DNA from: an archaeon
Lineage (GTDB): Archaea; Hydrothermarchaeota; Hydrothermarchaeia; JALTZZ01
Reading direction: 5' to 3'
Assembly (NCBI GenBank): GCA_027051165.1
Contig: JALTZZ010000029.1
Span: 9,001-73,000, forward strand
Length of the DNA stretch: 64,000 nucleotides
Position numbers and translations under genes: made by a program. Below are positions 37,261-45,370 of this stretch, in pieces (within the stretch, counting starts at the first letter, position 1; each line of letters begins with the position of its first letter). Under the pieces are notes generated by a model, which did not search any database, was not told the origin of the DNA, and was given only the letters and a program-made list of their open reading frames with translations.

Positions 37261-37929
37261 ATGAGTAAATTAAGAGAGCTAAGAGAGGTATTTAATAAAC
37301 CGAAGAATATACTAAAATTCATAATTTTTGGTATTTGGGTGCTTATTTCGTTAATCCCTACACTTGCAACTCTAAATAATTGGAGTTATATATCCGTTAT
37401 GTTTCCCTATGTTATAGGGTACATGATATGGTTTTTAAGTCACAACTTATTAGGTCCCAATCGTTACTGGTGGTTATTATCATTTTTTTGGGTAGTTTCT
37501 TATGCTATACTATTTATATTTATAATTAGTAATATTGTGCTATCTAATCCTGTAGAATTCAGCAAGGGTCCACATTACCTTCCTCTCGCAATTCCTCTTG
37601 TCATTGCCATTACTGCTTTTCTTACTAACATTATCCACGAGGAAAAAATAAGCGAAAAAGAGATTTTAGAAGGACTTAAATATAGTGCCTATCCAGCGAC
37701 ATTAGCAGCTTTATCTGTGGGTCTTCATGCATTACTTGAAAATAAAGAGCTAACACGAATTGCAACAGTATTTTTTATAGTATCTTCTTTTTTTGTTTTA
37801 GTCTATTATTGGTATATAAATATTAAAGAAGAAAAAGATGATAGTCTCCTAACACTCTTAAGAATATTTTCTGTTGGATTCTTTTTTGGAGGTCTTGTTT
37901 CTCTACTATCTGCAATTATGCCAATATAA
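37261..37929 (+). CDS. Polytopic membrane protein
   Basis: 222 aa with ~6 TM helices. Confidence 0.4.
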   Translation: MSKLRELREVFNKPKNILKFIIFGIWVLISLIPTLATLNNWSYISVMFPYVIGYMIWFLSHNLLGPNRYWWLLSFFWVVSYAILFIFIISNIVLSNPVEFSKGPHYLPLAIPLVIAITAFLTNIIHEEKISEKEILEGLKYSAYPATLAALSVGLHALLENKELTRIATVFFIVSSFFVLVYYWYINIKEEKDDSLLTLLRIFSVGFFFGGLVSLLSAIMPI

Positions 37930-37982
37930 AGTCCTACAGCCCAAGCACCTTAGTAATATATGCTTCAAAACAAGCAGAGTGT

Positions 37983-38198
37983 TTAACTTTCTAGTCTTAA
38001 TACTATACCAACAGAAACCAGAAAAACGCCCGTAATAAAAAGAAGTGCCGAAACGGATTTTACACCAGTCACCTTAGCATCAACAATAGGAGTGCTTACT
38101 TCTATCGTAGCCATAGGTGCAGCTTCATATCCAATCGAAGCAAACAATGATAATAACCCAAGGAGTATTAATATATTACCGAGTTTTTTATTACCCAT
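37983..38198 (-). CDS. Small membrane protein (2 TM)
   Basis: 71 aa, hydrophobic. Confidence 0.3.
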   Translation of the reverse strand: MGNKKLGNILILLGLLSLFASIGYEAAPMATIEVSTPIVDAKVTGVKSVSALLFITGVFLVSVGIVLRLES

Positions 38199-38256
38199 AT
38201 TTGATACTTATAAATGCTACATATATAAAAGTTGTGGTAGAAGATCCATCATATAG

Positions 38257-38268
38257 TTTTAAAGTCTT
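38257..38268 (+). promoter_or_regulatory. Provirus promoter motif TTTTAAAGTCTT (AAAGTCT 26 nt upstream of ATG 38287)
   Basis: Member of the recurrent motif family. Confidence 0.45.
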
Positions 38269-38286
38269 TAATTTTATCAAGGTTTC

Positions 38287-38787
38287 ATGAAGCTTGACAA
38301 ACTTGACGCCACTAAGGAAAAGCTTGACAACCTTGACGAGCTTGACGCTGTGACCGTGCCCAATCCCCGCTGCAAAATCTGCCGCTCGCCATATTTGCAC
38401 GAGATAAACAGGATGCTTATTGAAGGCAAGCCATACAGCGAGATAATAGCCAAGTTCCCAGATCTCAATCTAAACAAGCAGAACATAAGCAACCATAAAA
38501 AACACTTTAATTTCATTAGACGAGGGATAGAAAAATATTACCAACAGCTTGAGGAGGGGGCTGACAAGATCGTTGACACTATAAAAATCCTCGACGATGT
38601 AATAATGAGGAGCTACGTTTTTTTAGCTGAAACGAACCCAAAAGAAAAGCCAAGAGTTTGGGAAGTTCTAACAAATGCAATATACAGGGCAGCAAGTTTA
38701 AAACATAAAATAATGGGAGACTATGATGAAGAAGAAGGTTTACTCGAAGAAATATTTGGAAAAGCTGAGGATATTGAAGAAAAATAA
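38287..38787 (+). CDS. Putative terminase small subunit (position-based) with N-terminal CTTGAC repeat cluster
   Basis: Immediately upstream of, and overlapping, terL. The 5' 75 nt contain five CTTGAC hexamers (KLDKLD..KLDNLDELD). Confidence 0.35.
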   Translation: MKLDKLDATKEKLDNLDELDAVTVPNPRCKICRSPYLHEINRMLIEGKPYSEIIAKFPDLNLNKQNISNHKKHFNFIRRGIEKYYQQLEEGADKIVDTIKILDDVIMRSYVFLAETNPKEKPRVWEVLTNAIYRAASLKHKIMGDYDEEEGLLEEIFGKAEDIEEK

Positions 38788-40087
38788 AGAATTGAAAGAA
38801 AAAATTAAAAAAGATCCAGTTATATTTTCAAAATTTCTTCTTAATTTTGACCCTCATGAAGCACAGCAACAAATAATGAGAGATACACACAAATTTATAA
38901 CAGTAGTTGCAGGAAGAAAGTTTGGTAAAACAAAATGCATGGCAGCATATGCTTTATTTTACGCTTTAACAAATCCTAAGCATAGAATACTCGTCGTTGC
39001 ACCAAGCTATTCCCAAGCGTCAATAATGTTTAGGGAAATGTATAATTTTATAAGAAGATCAATTATAAACAAATATGTGTCAAAAATACTAAAAACTCCG
39101 TTTCCACAGATATATTTCAAGAACGATGCTGAAATACATGCAAGATCAACACAAAATCCGGACCTACTGAGAGGTGAGGAAGCAAATCTAATAATAATGG
39201 ATGAAGCTGCATATATTAAAGACGATGTAGTAACCAACGTTCTTGAGCCAATGCTACTTGTAACAAATGGCAGGTGGATAAAAATATCTACACCAGCTGG
39301 TCATAATCATTTTTATGATACCTTCCTTAAGGGACTAAGTGAAGAGTTCCCAGAATATTCAAGTTATCACTTCACATCAACGGCTAATCCTTATGTAAGC
39401 GAAGACTTTATTGAACTAAAAAAGAAAGAGCTTGGAGAAAATTCAATTGCTTTTAGAACAGAATATTTAGCTGAGTTCGTAGAGGATCATAATGCAGTTT
39501 TCAGATGGTCAGATATTCAGAAAAATGTTGCAGATATTGAGCTAATTGACGGGGCTGAGCATATAAGCCGCAGCTATGTTATAGGAGTTGATTTAGCTAA
39601 ATATCAAGATTATACTGTTATCTGCGTTCTCGATGCAACTGAAAAGCCCTATCGCTTAGTTCATTTTGAGAGGTTTAACAGAAGACCTTACGCAGAGGTT
39701 ATTGAGAGAGTTAAGGATCTACATCGCAGGTTCAACGGTGCCAAGGTTCTAATAGACAGCACTGGTGTAGGAGACCCTATCCTGGAGGAACTGCAAGCTT
39801 CTATAGGAGCCGAGGGATACGTATTTACGAGTAAGAGCAAGGTGCAACTTATTCAGAAATTACAAGCTGTTATGGAGAATGGGGAAATAAAATACCCGTA
39901 TATCGAGCCGTTGGTCAAGGAACTACAATTTTTCGAATACCAATTGACGAGAACAGGCGTAAAAATGGAAGCAAGGCAAGGAATGCACGACGACTGTGTG
40001 ATAGCACTTGCATTAGCCGTGTGGGCGGCGGAGCAGTATTCAGGCTCTGCGGGTGGGGAGATCTATCTTGGCTACTCATTTTTATAA
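38723..40087 (+). CDS. terL: Terminase large subunit
   Basis: Walker A VVAGRKFGKTK; Walker B LIIMDEAAYI; C-terminal RNaseH-like nuclease segment (VIGVDLAKYQDYTVICVLD ... HDDCVIALALA). Confidence 0.7.
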   Translation: MMKKKVYSKKYLEKLRILKKNKELKEKIKKDPVIFSKFLLNFDPHEAQQQIMRDTHKFITVVAGRKFGKTKCMAAYALFYALTNPKHRILVVAPSYSQASIMFREMYNFIRRSIINKYVSKILKTPFPQIYFKNDAEIHARSTQNPDLLRGEEANLIIMDEAAYIKDDVVTNVLEPMLLVTNGRWIKISTPAGHNHFYDTFLKGLSEEFPEYSSYHFTSTANPYVSEDFIELKKKELGENSIAFRTEYLAEFVEDHNAVFRWSDIQKNVADIELIDGAEHISRSYVIGVDLAKYQDYTVICVLDATEKPYRLVHFERFNRRPYAEVIERVKDLHRRFNGAKVLIDSTGVGDPILEELQASIGAEGYVFTSKSKVQLIQKLQAVMENGEIKYPYIEPLVKELQFFEYQLTRTGVKMEARQGMHDDCVIALALAVWAAEQYSGSAGGEIYLGYSFL

Positions 40088-40153
40088 CATTTATAGCCCT
40101 CCCCACAGCATCCAGCACGCATCAGGTGTTAGACCCACATCTGCGTGCCGCTT

Positions 40154-40921
40154 TCACGGAGATGAGCTCAAATACAAGTTAACCATCAGCAGCAAATGCC
40201 TTCTAAGGCTCGTAAAGCCATACTCCAAGCTCTCGGTTATCACCTCCAGTTCTTTTGAATTATAAACATACGAATAAAGACTATAGGGCGAGTATTGCCT
40301 AAACTCTATTTCTTTTTTCAACTTCTCAAAATCAATTTTGCTTTTTGCTTTAAGGCTATATCTGCTAAAACTTTTGAACCTAACTCTTCTCGTGATCATG
40401 GCAGACAATCTATCGAACTTCTGCAGGGTTTTAAGCTCCTCATCCTCAATTTCATCATGATGGTGAACGCAGAGCCATCTTACCCTATCGTCCTTAATCT
40501 CGACATCAAAGTAAATTTTGCTCTGATGCTTAGGCGTAGAGACGAAATCATGAAGCAACATAGCTAAAACCATTCTTTCCTGAGCAGGAGAGAGCTTTGG
40601 CAAGCACCTCATTATTTTTATCTTTTTTCTTGGCTTTGGCGGAGCAACATTCTCCTCAACTTTAAGCCAGCGAACTCTACCCATACCTTCGCTTTGGAAC
40701 CTTCCTAAAGAATCAAGTAACAAAACCTTCTCAGGCTCGTTTGTATAATACTCAACAATGCCGAAAAAAGCCTTAAAACTGCTTGGAAACATTCTAACAT
40801 CCTTCTTTATCTTCCCGTAGAATCTTTCAACACCCTTAATTATAACGAGACCGTAATCATGTCCAAATCTTCTTTCCTTGGTAACAATAGGCGTTATAGT
40901 TTTGCCGACTACCTTAAACAT
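40154..40921 (-). CDS. Hypothetical protein with an N-terminal RAMP-like G-rich-loop segment and a C-terminal His-rich (HD-like?) region
   Basis: N-terminal ~90 aa end in LGRFQSEGMGRVRW (G-x5-G-h-G loop). The C-terminal part carries LLHDF and CVHHHDEIED. Last gene of the 4-gene minus-strand cassette. Confidence 0.3.
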   Translation of the reverse strand: MFKVVGKTITPIVTKERRFGHDYGLVIIKGVERFYGKIKKDVRMFPSSFKAFFGIVEYYTNEPEKVLLLDSLGRFQSEGMGRVRWLKVEENVAPPKPRKKIKIMRCLPKLSPAQERMVLAMLLHDFVSTPKHQSKIYFDVEIKDDRVRWLCVHHHDEIEDEELKTLQKFDRLSAMITRRVRFKSFSRYSLKAKSKIDFEKLKKEIEFRQYSPYSLYSYVYNSKELEVITESLEYGFTSLRRHLLLMVNLYLSSSP

Positions 40922-41669
40922 TTAGAACCCTCACCTTCTCCTTATACTCGACCTTATAGCCGTCTATCGTTTTAACAAGCTTTCTGATCTCCTCAACCTC
41001 TTCAAGAACTATTTTCCTCAGCATAACTTTACCGTAGCCAGCATTGACCCCGCCGCCAAGCTCTTCTATATAAAGCAAAGATTCAAGAATGAAATTAAGT
41101 TCCTCATCGTTAAGCTTGGTCACATCAATGAAAAAAGTAAAGTCTCCGCTTATATATCCCTCCTTGAAGTCCTGTATTGGTTTCTTGTCGTAGCTTAGAG
41201 CAATTCTGTTTTCCGTTGCGATGTGCATTTTTACAATAGGAATATCTGACCTATACTCCGCATGCTTTATATTTGCTATCGGGGGACTCCATACTCTTAT
41301 TTTGCTTGGAACATGCATAGAGCCAAATATTTTATGAATTATGCACTCGTTTAGCGGATAGCAGCTTCCAAGCGGATGGAATCCCTCAGGTATAAGCTTG
41401 TTTCCGTGCTTATCCTCTTCTTTGTCAGATGTATGGCAGACCTCTATACCCTTGGCTCTGGCACATCTCATAGCTGCATGCCTTAGCAAGCCCTTGAGCC
41501 CCTTGATGTAGTAAGCTTCCGCCTTGTGCTCCTTACCGTTGTTCGTGTAGGGAACCGGAGCAAGCTTAAGCAAAACCTTAGATTTTTGAACCGTTCCGTT
41601 GCTCGGCTTTGCTATGGGAGTATAGGCTTCAACTCTTATTCTTTTATATTTCTTCTTTATCTCAAACAT
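40914..41669 (-). CDS. RAMP-like (Cas7/Csm3- or Cas6-like) protein encoded in the provirus, with no CRISPR locus in the window
   Basis: YYIKGLKGLLRHAAMR resembles the (S/G)xxKGxLR RAMP motif. A four-Cys cluster (C-x8-C...C-x6-C) is followed by IIHKIFGS (cf. the Csm3 CxxC-RLFGS). C-terminal G-rich loop ELGGGVNAGYGKV. Confidence 0.35.
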   Translation of the reverse strand: MFEIKKKYKRIRVEAYTPIAKPSNGTVQKSKVLLKLAPVPYTNNGKEHKAEAYYIKGLKGLLRHAAMRCARAKGIEVCHTSDKEEDKHGNKLIPEGFHPLGSCYPLNECIIHKIFGSMHVPSKIRVWSPPIANIKHAEYRSDIPIVKMHIATENRIALSYDKKPIQDFKEGYISGDFTFFIDVTKLNDEELNFILESLLYIEELGGGVNAGYGKVMLRKIVLEEVEEIRKLVKTIDGYKVEYKEKVRVLNV

Positions 41670-41916
41670 GTTTATCCCTCTCAGGCGTTATAGTCATTGC
41701 AACCTCATTCTCATCTTCCATAAGTTCCGAAAACTTCATCGTGAAGAGAACTTTTAATTTTACGTTTGAAATAAATTTCTTCTTTGCGAGGTCTTTAACT
41801 GCGGTTATTATGACTATATTCTCTCCACAGCACGGGCATTTGGTTTTTGTCGCTTGTATCATTCTGCTCTTTATGGCTTCGTGAAAAATCTTAAGATATT
41901 CTTCCATTTTCACCAC
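41662..41916 (-). CDS. Small zinc-ribbon protein (cassette gene 2)
   Basis: 84 aa, CPCCGEN; overlaps both neighbours. Confidence 0.3.
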   Translation of the reverse strand: MVKMEEYLKIFHEAIKSRMIQATKTKCPCCGENIVIITAVKDLAKKKFISNVKLKVLFTMKFSELMEDENEVAMTITPERDKHV

Positions 41917-42320
41917 CCGTAGAAAGCCTTAACTTCTTCCTCAAGTTCTTTATCAACGTTTTCGGTAAGGCTCTTTTTATCCCCGTCTCTTAAACTTCTG
42001 AAAAGAACAAAGAGGATGTGTTTGCAGATTGTTTTTCTGAACTTATGATCTTCGCAAGAGCACCAGAAGTATTTGTTTTCAGTATCAATCCTTACCTCAT
42101 ATTTTTTCTTCTTTTCTTTGTTTTCAACGACTGCCCAAACAATCTCCTCGGCTCTTATCATCTCTTTTATCTTTAGCTTGTTGTTAACAGCTCTTATGGC
42201 TCTTTCCGCATCTATCTCCAATCCTATAGCTCTTAGCCAATCCACAACTCCCCAAATCTCCCTCACAAGCTTCTTATAAACCTTGAAGGTTGCAACCACA
42301 CGAGCCATCTTGACCACCAA
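41910..42320 (-). CDS. SWIM-type zinc finger protein (paralogue of 30007-30450; cassette gene 1)
   Basis: WCSCEDHKFRKTICKHILFV; C-terminal KAFYGW. Confidence 0.5.
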   Translation of the reverse strand: MVVKMARVVATFKVYKKLVREIWGVVDWLRAIGLEIDAERAIRAVNNKLKIKEMIRAEEIVWAVVENKEKKKKYEVRIDTENKYFWCSCEDHKFRKTICKHILFVLFRSLRDGDKKSLTENVDKELEEEVKAFYGW

Positions 42321-42414
42321 CCACTTTCATTGACCGTCATTATAATAAATGACCTTCACAATTGAAAATAAATTTGTAACGAAAGATTTAAATATAATTA
42401 TCAATACATGTATA

Positions 42415-42606
42415 TACATGACCGAAAAGTTTGAATTTGAACTTAAGGGACAAATTGAAGAAATCTTTAAAAAAAAGATTTGGAAAAGCGGTGGAGCTAA
42501 AACACCCTCAATAACAATACCTAAAAAGTATCTTGAAGGAAAAGAAGAAGTCCAATTAATAATAGTAAAAAAGCCTGATGGCAATTATGCAATTGTGATT
42601 CAATAA
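42415..42606 (+). CDS. SpoVT/AbrB-like small DNA-binding protein
   Basis: KIWKSGGAKTPSITIPKKYLEGKEEV is a swapped-hairpin-like motif. Confidence 0.35.
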   Translation, partial: YMTEKFEFELKGQIEEIFKKKIWKSGGAKTPSITIPKKYLEGKEEVQLIIVKKPDGNYAIVIQ

Positions 42607-42712
42607 CATGATTATAAAAATATTTTATAATGATATTTTTATTTTACATAAATGCCTGTTATATATCTCAGCCTATCTCATCCGATAAACAAAATTACTA
42701 TAAAAAACTTAT

Positions 42713-42725
42713 TTTTAAAGTCTAT
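42713..42725 (+). promoter_or_regulatory. Provirus promoter motif TTTTTAAAGTCTA (AAAGTCT 25 nt upstream of portal ATG 42743)
   Basis: Member of the recurrent motif family. Confidence 0.5.
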
Positions 42726-42742
42726 CAGATACTGATTTTTTC

Positions 42743-43882
42743 ATGAGAATTATAAAGAAAATAGTTCAAAATTTTACAAGAAAACAAGCAAAGTACGAGG
42801 CGGAGAAGGTTGAGATTTTTCCATTCAGCAACTTGGACAACAGCATAGCCTTCAGCTCAGGGGTTTTAGCAAACTACAGCGATTACGAGAGGCTTTATTT
42901 TACCAGCGTTGATGCAGCAACTGCGATTGATCTCATAGCCCATTATGCGATCACGGAGATCAGCTTTAGCGGTGACGAGAAAGACGTTGAAATAGCAGAA
43001 GAATTTGCTAAACGTGTTAATTTGAGATCAAGGCTTATCAATGATGTGCGAATGATGCTGATTTATGGAAATAGCTACGAATACATAGCAAACGACGAAA
43101 ATGGAGAAATAGTGTTGCAGAACCTGAACCCAAAAATGGTTACAATTAAGGTTGACAAATACGGCGAGATCCAAGCTTACAGATACCAGCCGAGCAAGGG
43201 CGTTGATCTGCCACCAGAGCGAATCATGCACTTCGCCTATGGAAGGCTTGGCAATTCACCTTACGGCTATTCGTTGGTGCACCAAGTATATGGCGACATA
43301 GTCCTTAAGCAGGCGATAGAAAAAGTTCTTGCGTATATTGCACACAGAATGAGCCACCCGCTTTTGCATGCTCGAGTGAAGAATCCTCAAAAGATCAAAG
43401 ATGTCGCAAATCTGCTTGCAAGCAGAATAAAAGACAACAGTTCAAGTGTAGAAAAAATCCAAATTTTAAACGAAATAGTGACCGATGAGGGAGTAGAGCT
43501 TCAGGTTCTCAACCCACAGTTAGATATCAGCGGAATTGTCAGAGCTTTAGAATATCTGCAGAACAAAGTTGACAAGGCTCTCAAGGTTCCCCGAATATTT
43601 TACGGTGAGCCTGAGGGAAGCAATAGGGCAAGCTCCTACAACCAGATCAGAATTTTTAGATTGTTTTTGGATTCATTAAGGGCTATTGTGAAAGAAGAAA
43701 TGGAAAAGAAGCTTTTCCCAGCTTTGAACATAGATGTAGAGATAGAATTTGAAGAGATTACAACAGAGGAAGAGATGGCATGGGCTGACATCGCAGCGAA
43801 ATTATACGAAGCAGGCATAGTGGCCACGGACGAAGCAAGAGAAATGATTGGTCTTCCACCGAGAGAAGAGGCTGAAGAATGA
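42743..43882 (+). CDS. Putative portal protein
   Basis: 379 aa; position between terL and the MuF-like gene (canonical terS-terL-portal-MuF order). No motif-level confirmation. Confidence 0.45.
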   Translation: MRIIKKIVQNFTRKQAKYEAEKVEIFPFSNLDNSIAFSSGVLANYSDYERLYFTSVDAATAIDLIAHYAITEISFSGDEKDVEIAEEFAKRVNLRSRLINDVRMMLIYGNSYEYIANDENGEIVLQNLNPKMVTIKVDKYGEIQAYRYQPSKGVDLPPERIMHFAYGRLGNSPYGYSLVHQVYGDIVLKQAIEKVLAYIAHRMSHPLLHARVKNPQKIKDVANLLASRIKDNSSSVEKIQILNEIVTDEGVELQVLNPQLDISGIVRALEYLQNKVDKALKVPRIFYGEPEGSNRASSYNQIRIFRLFLDSLRAIVKEEMEKKLFPALNIDVEIEFEEITTEEEMAWADIAAKLYEAGIVATDEAREMIGLPPREEAEE

Positions 43883-45141
43883 CAGATCCAACGAGAACAA
43901 AAATCTTAAGAGAGGAATTTGCTTCACTGCTCAAAAAACTTCCAGAAAAAGCTAAGAAAAGAGTCAAAGAGATCATAGAAACAGCATATAAAATTGATGA
44001 GGATCTTATAGAGGAAATAAAAAAAGTTATAGAAGAAGAGATGGGACCAGAAGCAGCAGAGAAAATTATAAACAAATATACAGATATATTTTGGCAGCGA
44101 GGGGCGAGTTTTGCATCAAGACAACTAAAAAAGTTTGGAATTGAAATAATTATACCAACACACCTAACGATTCTTGATGAAGAAACTATAAACCAACTGA
44201 AAAATTTGCAGTTAGAACTTGTCAGGGGATTAAGCGAAGAAACAAAGAAAAAAGTTGTTTTTCATATACGTGAGGGGCTTCTTAGAGGGGAATCAATACA
44301 GCAGATCACAAAGAGGATTACAGAGGTTCTTGGAGACGATGCGAAGAAAAGAGCGGAAAAAATAGCACGAACAGAAGCAACAAGAGTGTTTAACAAAGCT
44401 GCAGAAAGCAGATACAGCAAGGCAGGTATAAAATACTGGAGATGGCTTGCAGCGAAAGACGAGCGTTCGTGCAGCATCTGCGGATCAAGGCACGGGAAGA
44501 TATTTAAAATTGGTGATCCAACACCACCTGCACATCCAAACTGCAGGTGCACAATGGTTCCCATCTTAAGCCTAAAGAGTAAAGAGGCGAGGATTTCTAT
44601 CAAAAGAGAATCCAAGGAAATAGCTTTGCAACACTATGCAAGAGTTGTATCAAAAATACCTACGGGTAAGTTTGTTCCTGATGAGGAAAACATTAGAAAA
44701 GTTGCTCAAGCACTTAGGAGAGATGAGAGATTTAAACAGCTTGCCGAAATGTTGGAAATAGACGCTAAAGAATTCGCTAAAAGATATGCACAAGAAGCTT
44801 TGCAAATATTGAGGGAGAACTTCACAAAACATGGTATTGATCGAGCCGTTGAACTCGAAAAGCATGGCATTGTGGTCGTGAACATTTTGAGGCTAAAGAA
44901 AAGAGGGAAGCGATACATCAGCAAAAGAGGACAAGTGAACGTTCTCGCAAAAATTGGAGGTAAACATGATCCAAAATATATAAGAATTGTGCTTGATGAA
45001 AATGATAAAATAATTACTGTTCATAGAATAAGTAAAAGAAAATATGAGAAATATAAGGAGAGGTGGAAAGAAGTTGAAACTAAAAGTTCGAAAAAACGAG
45101 TTCAAAAGATCTGGATTAAAAGAAGGCTTATATTTTATTGA
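43879..45141 (+). CDS. Phage head morphogenesis protein (Mu gpF / SPP1 gp7 family)
   Basis: ARTEATRVFNKAAESRYSKAGIKYWRWLAAKDERSCSICGSRHGKIF is the conserved Mu F-like core. Confidence 0.65.
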   Translation: MTDPTRTKILREEFASLLKKLPEKAKKRVKEIIETAYKIDEDLIEEIKKVIEEEMGPEAAEKIINKYTDIFWQRGASFASRQLKKFGIEIIIPTHLTILDEETINQLKNLQLELVRGLSEETKKKVVFHIREGLLRGESIQQITKRITEVLGDDAKKRAEKIARTEATRVFNKAAESRYSKAGIKYWRWLAAKDERSCSICGSRHGKIFKIGDPTPPAHPNCRCTMVPILSLKSKEARISIKRESKEIALQHYARVVSKIPTGKFVPDEENIRKVAQALRRDERFKQLAEMLEIDAKEFAKRYAQEALQILRENFTKHGIDRAVELEKHGIVVVNILRLKKRGKRYISKRGQVNVLAKIGGKHDPKYIRIVLDENDKIITVHRISKRKYEKYKERWKEVETKSSKKRVQKIWIKRRLIFY

Positions 45142-45340
45142 AATAGATGAAGATATGGATGAGCTCAGAATAGTAGAAAAATCTGATATTCCAATTAGAT
45201 TTTACTCTGAAAACGGAAAGATATTTGCTGATGTGCCTGATGATATTGCAGAGAAGCATAAACTTTTGGATGGAGAAGAACTTGAGATTATAAGCCCTAA
45301 AGATTCTGGCTGGAAATATATTGCTATGTATATTATTTGA

Positions 45341-45353
45341 TTTTTAAAGTCTA
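45341..45353 (+). promoter_or_regulatory. Provirus promoter motif TTTTTAAAGTCTA (AAAGTCT 25 nt upstream of ATG 45371)
   Basis: Member of the recurrent motif family. Confidence 0.5.
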
Positions 45354-45370
45354 ACAGTTGGCTCTTTTTC

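Noticed and set aside
45044-45340. 98-aa ORF overlapping the 3' end of the MuF-like gene
   Set aside because: Most of it overlaps the MuF gene in another frame. Only the distal ~60 codons (from Met 45154) could be an independent small gene, and nothing supports that.
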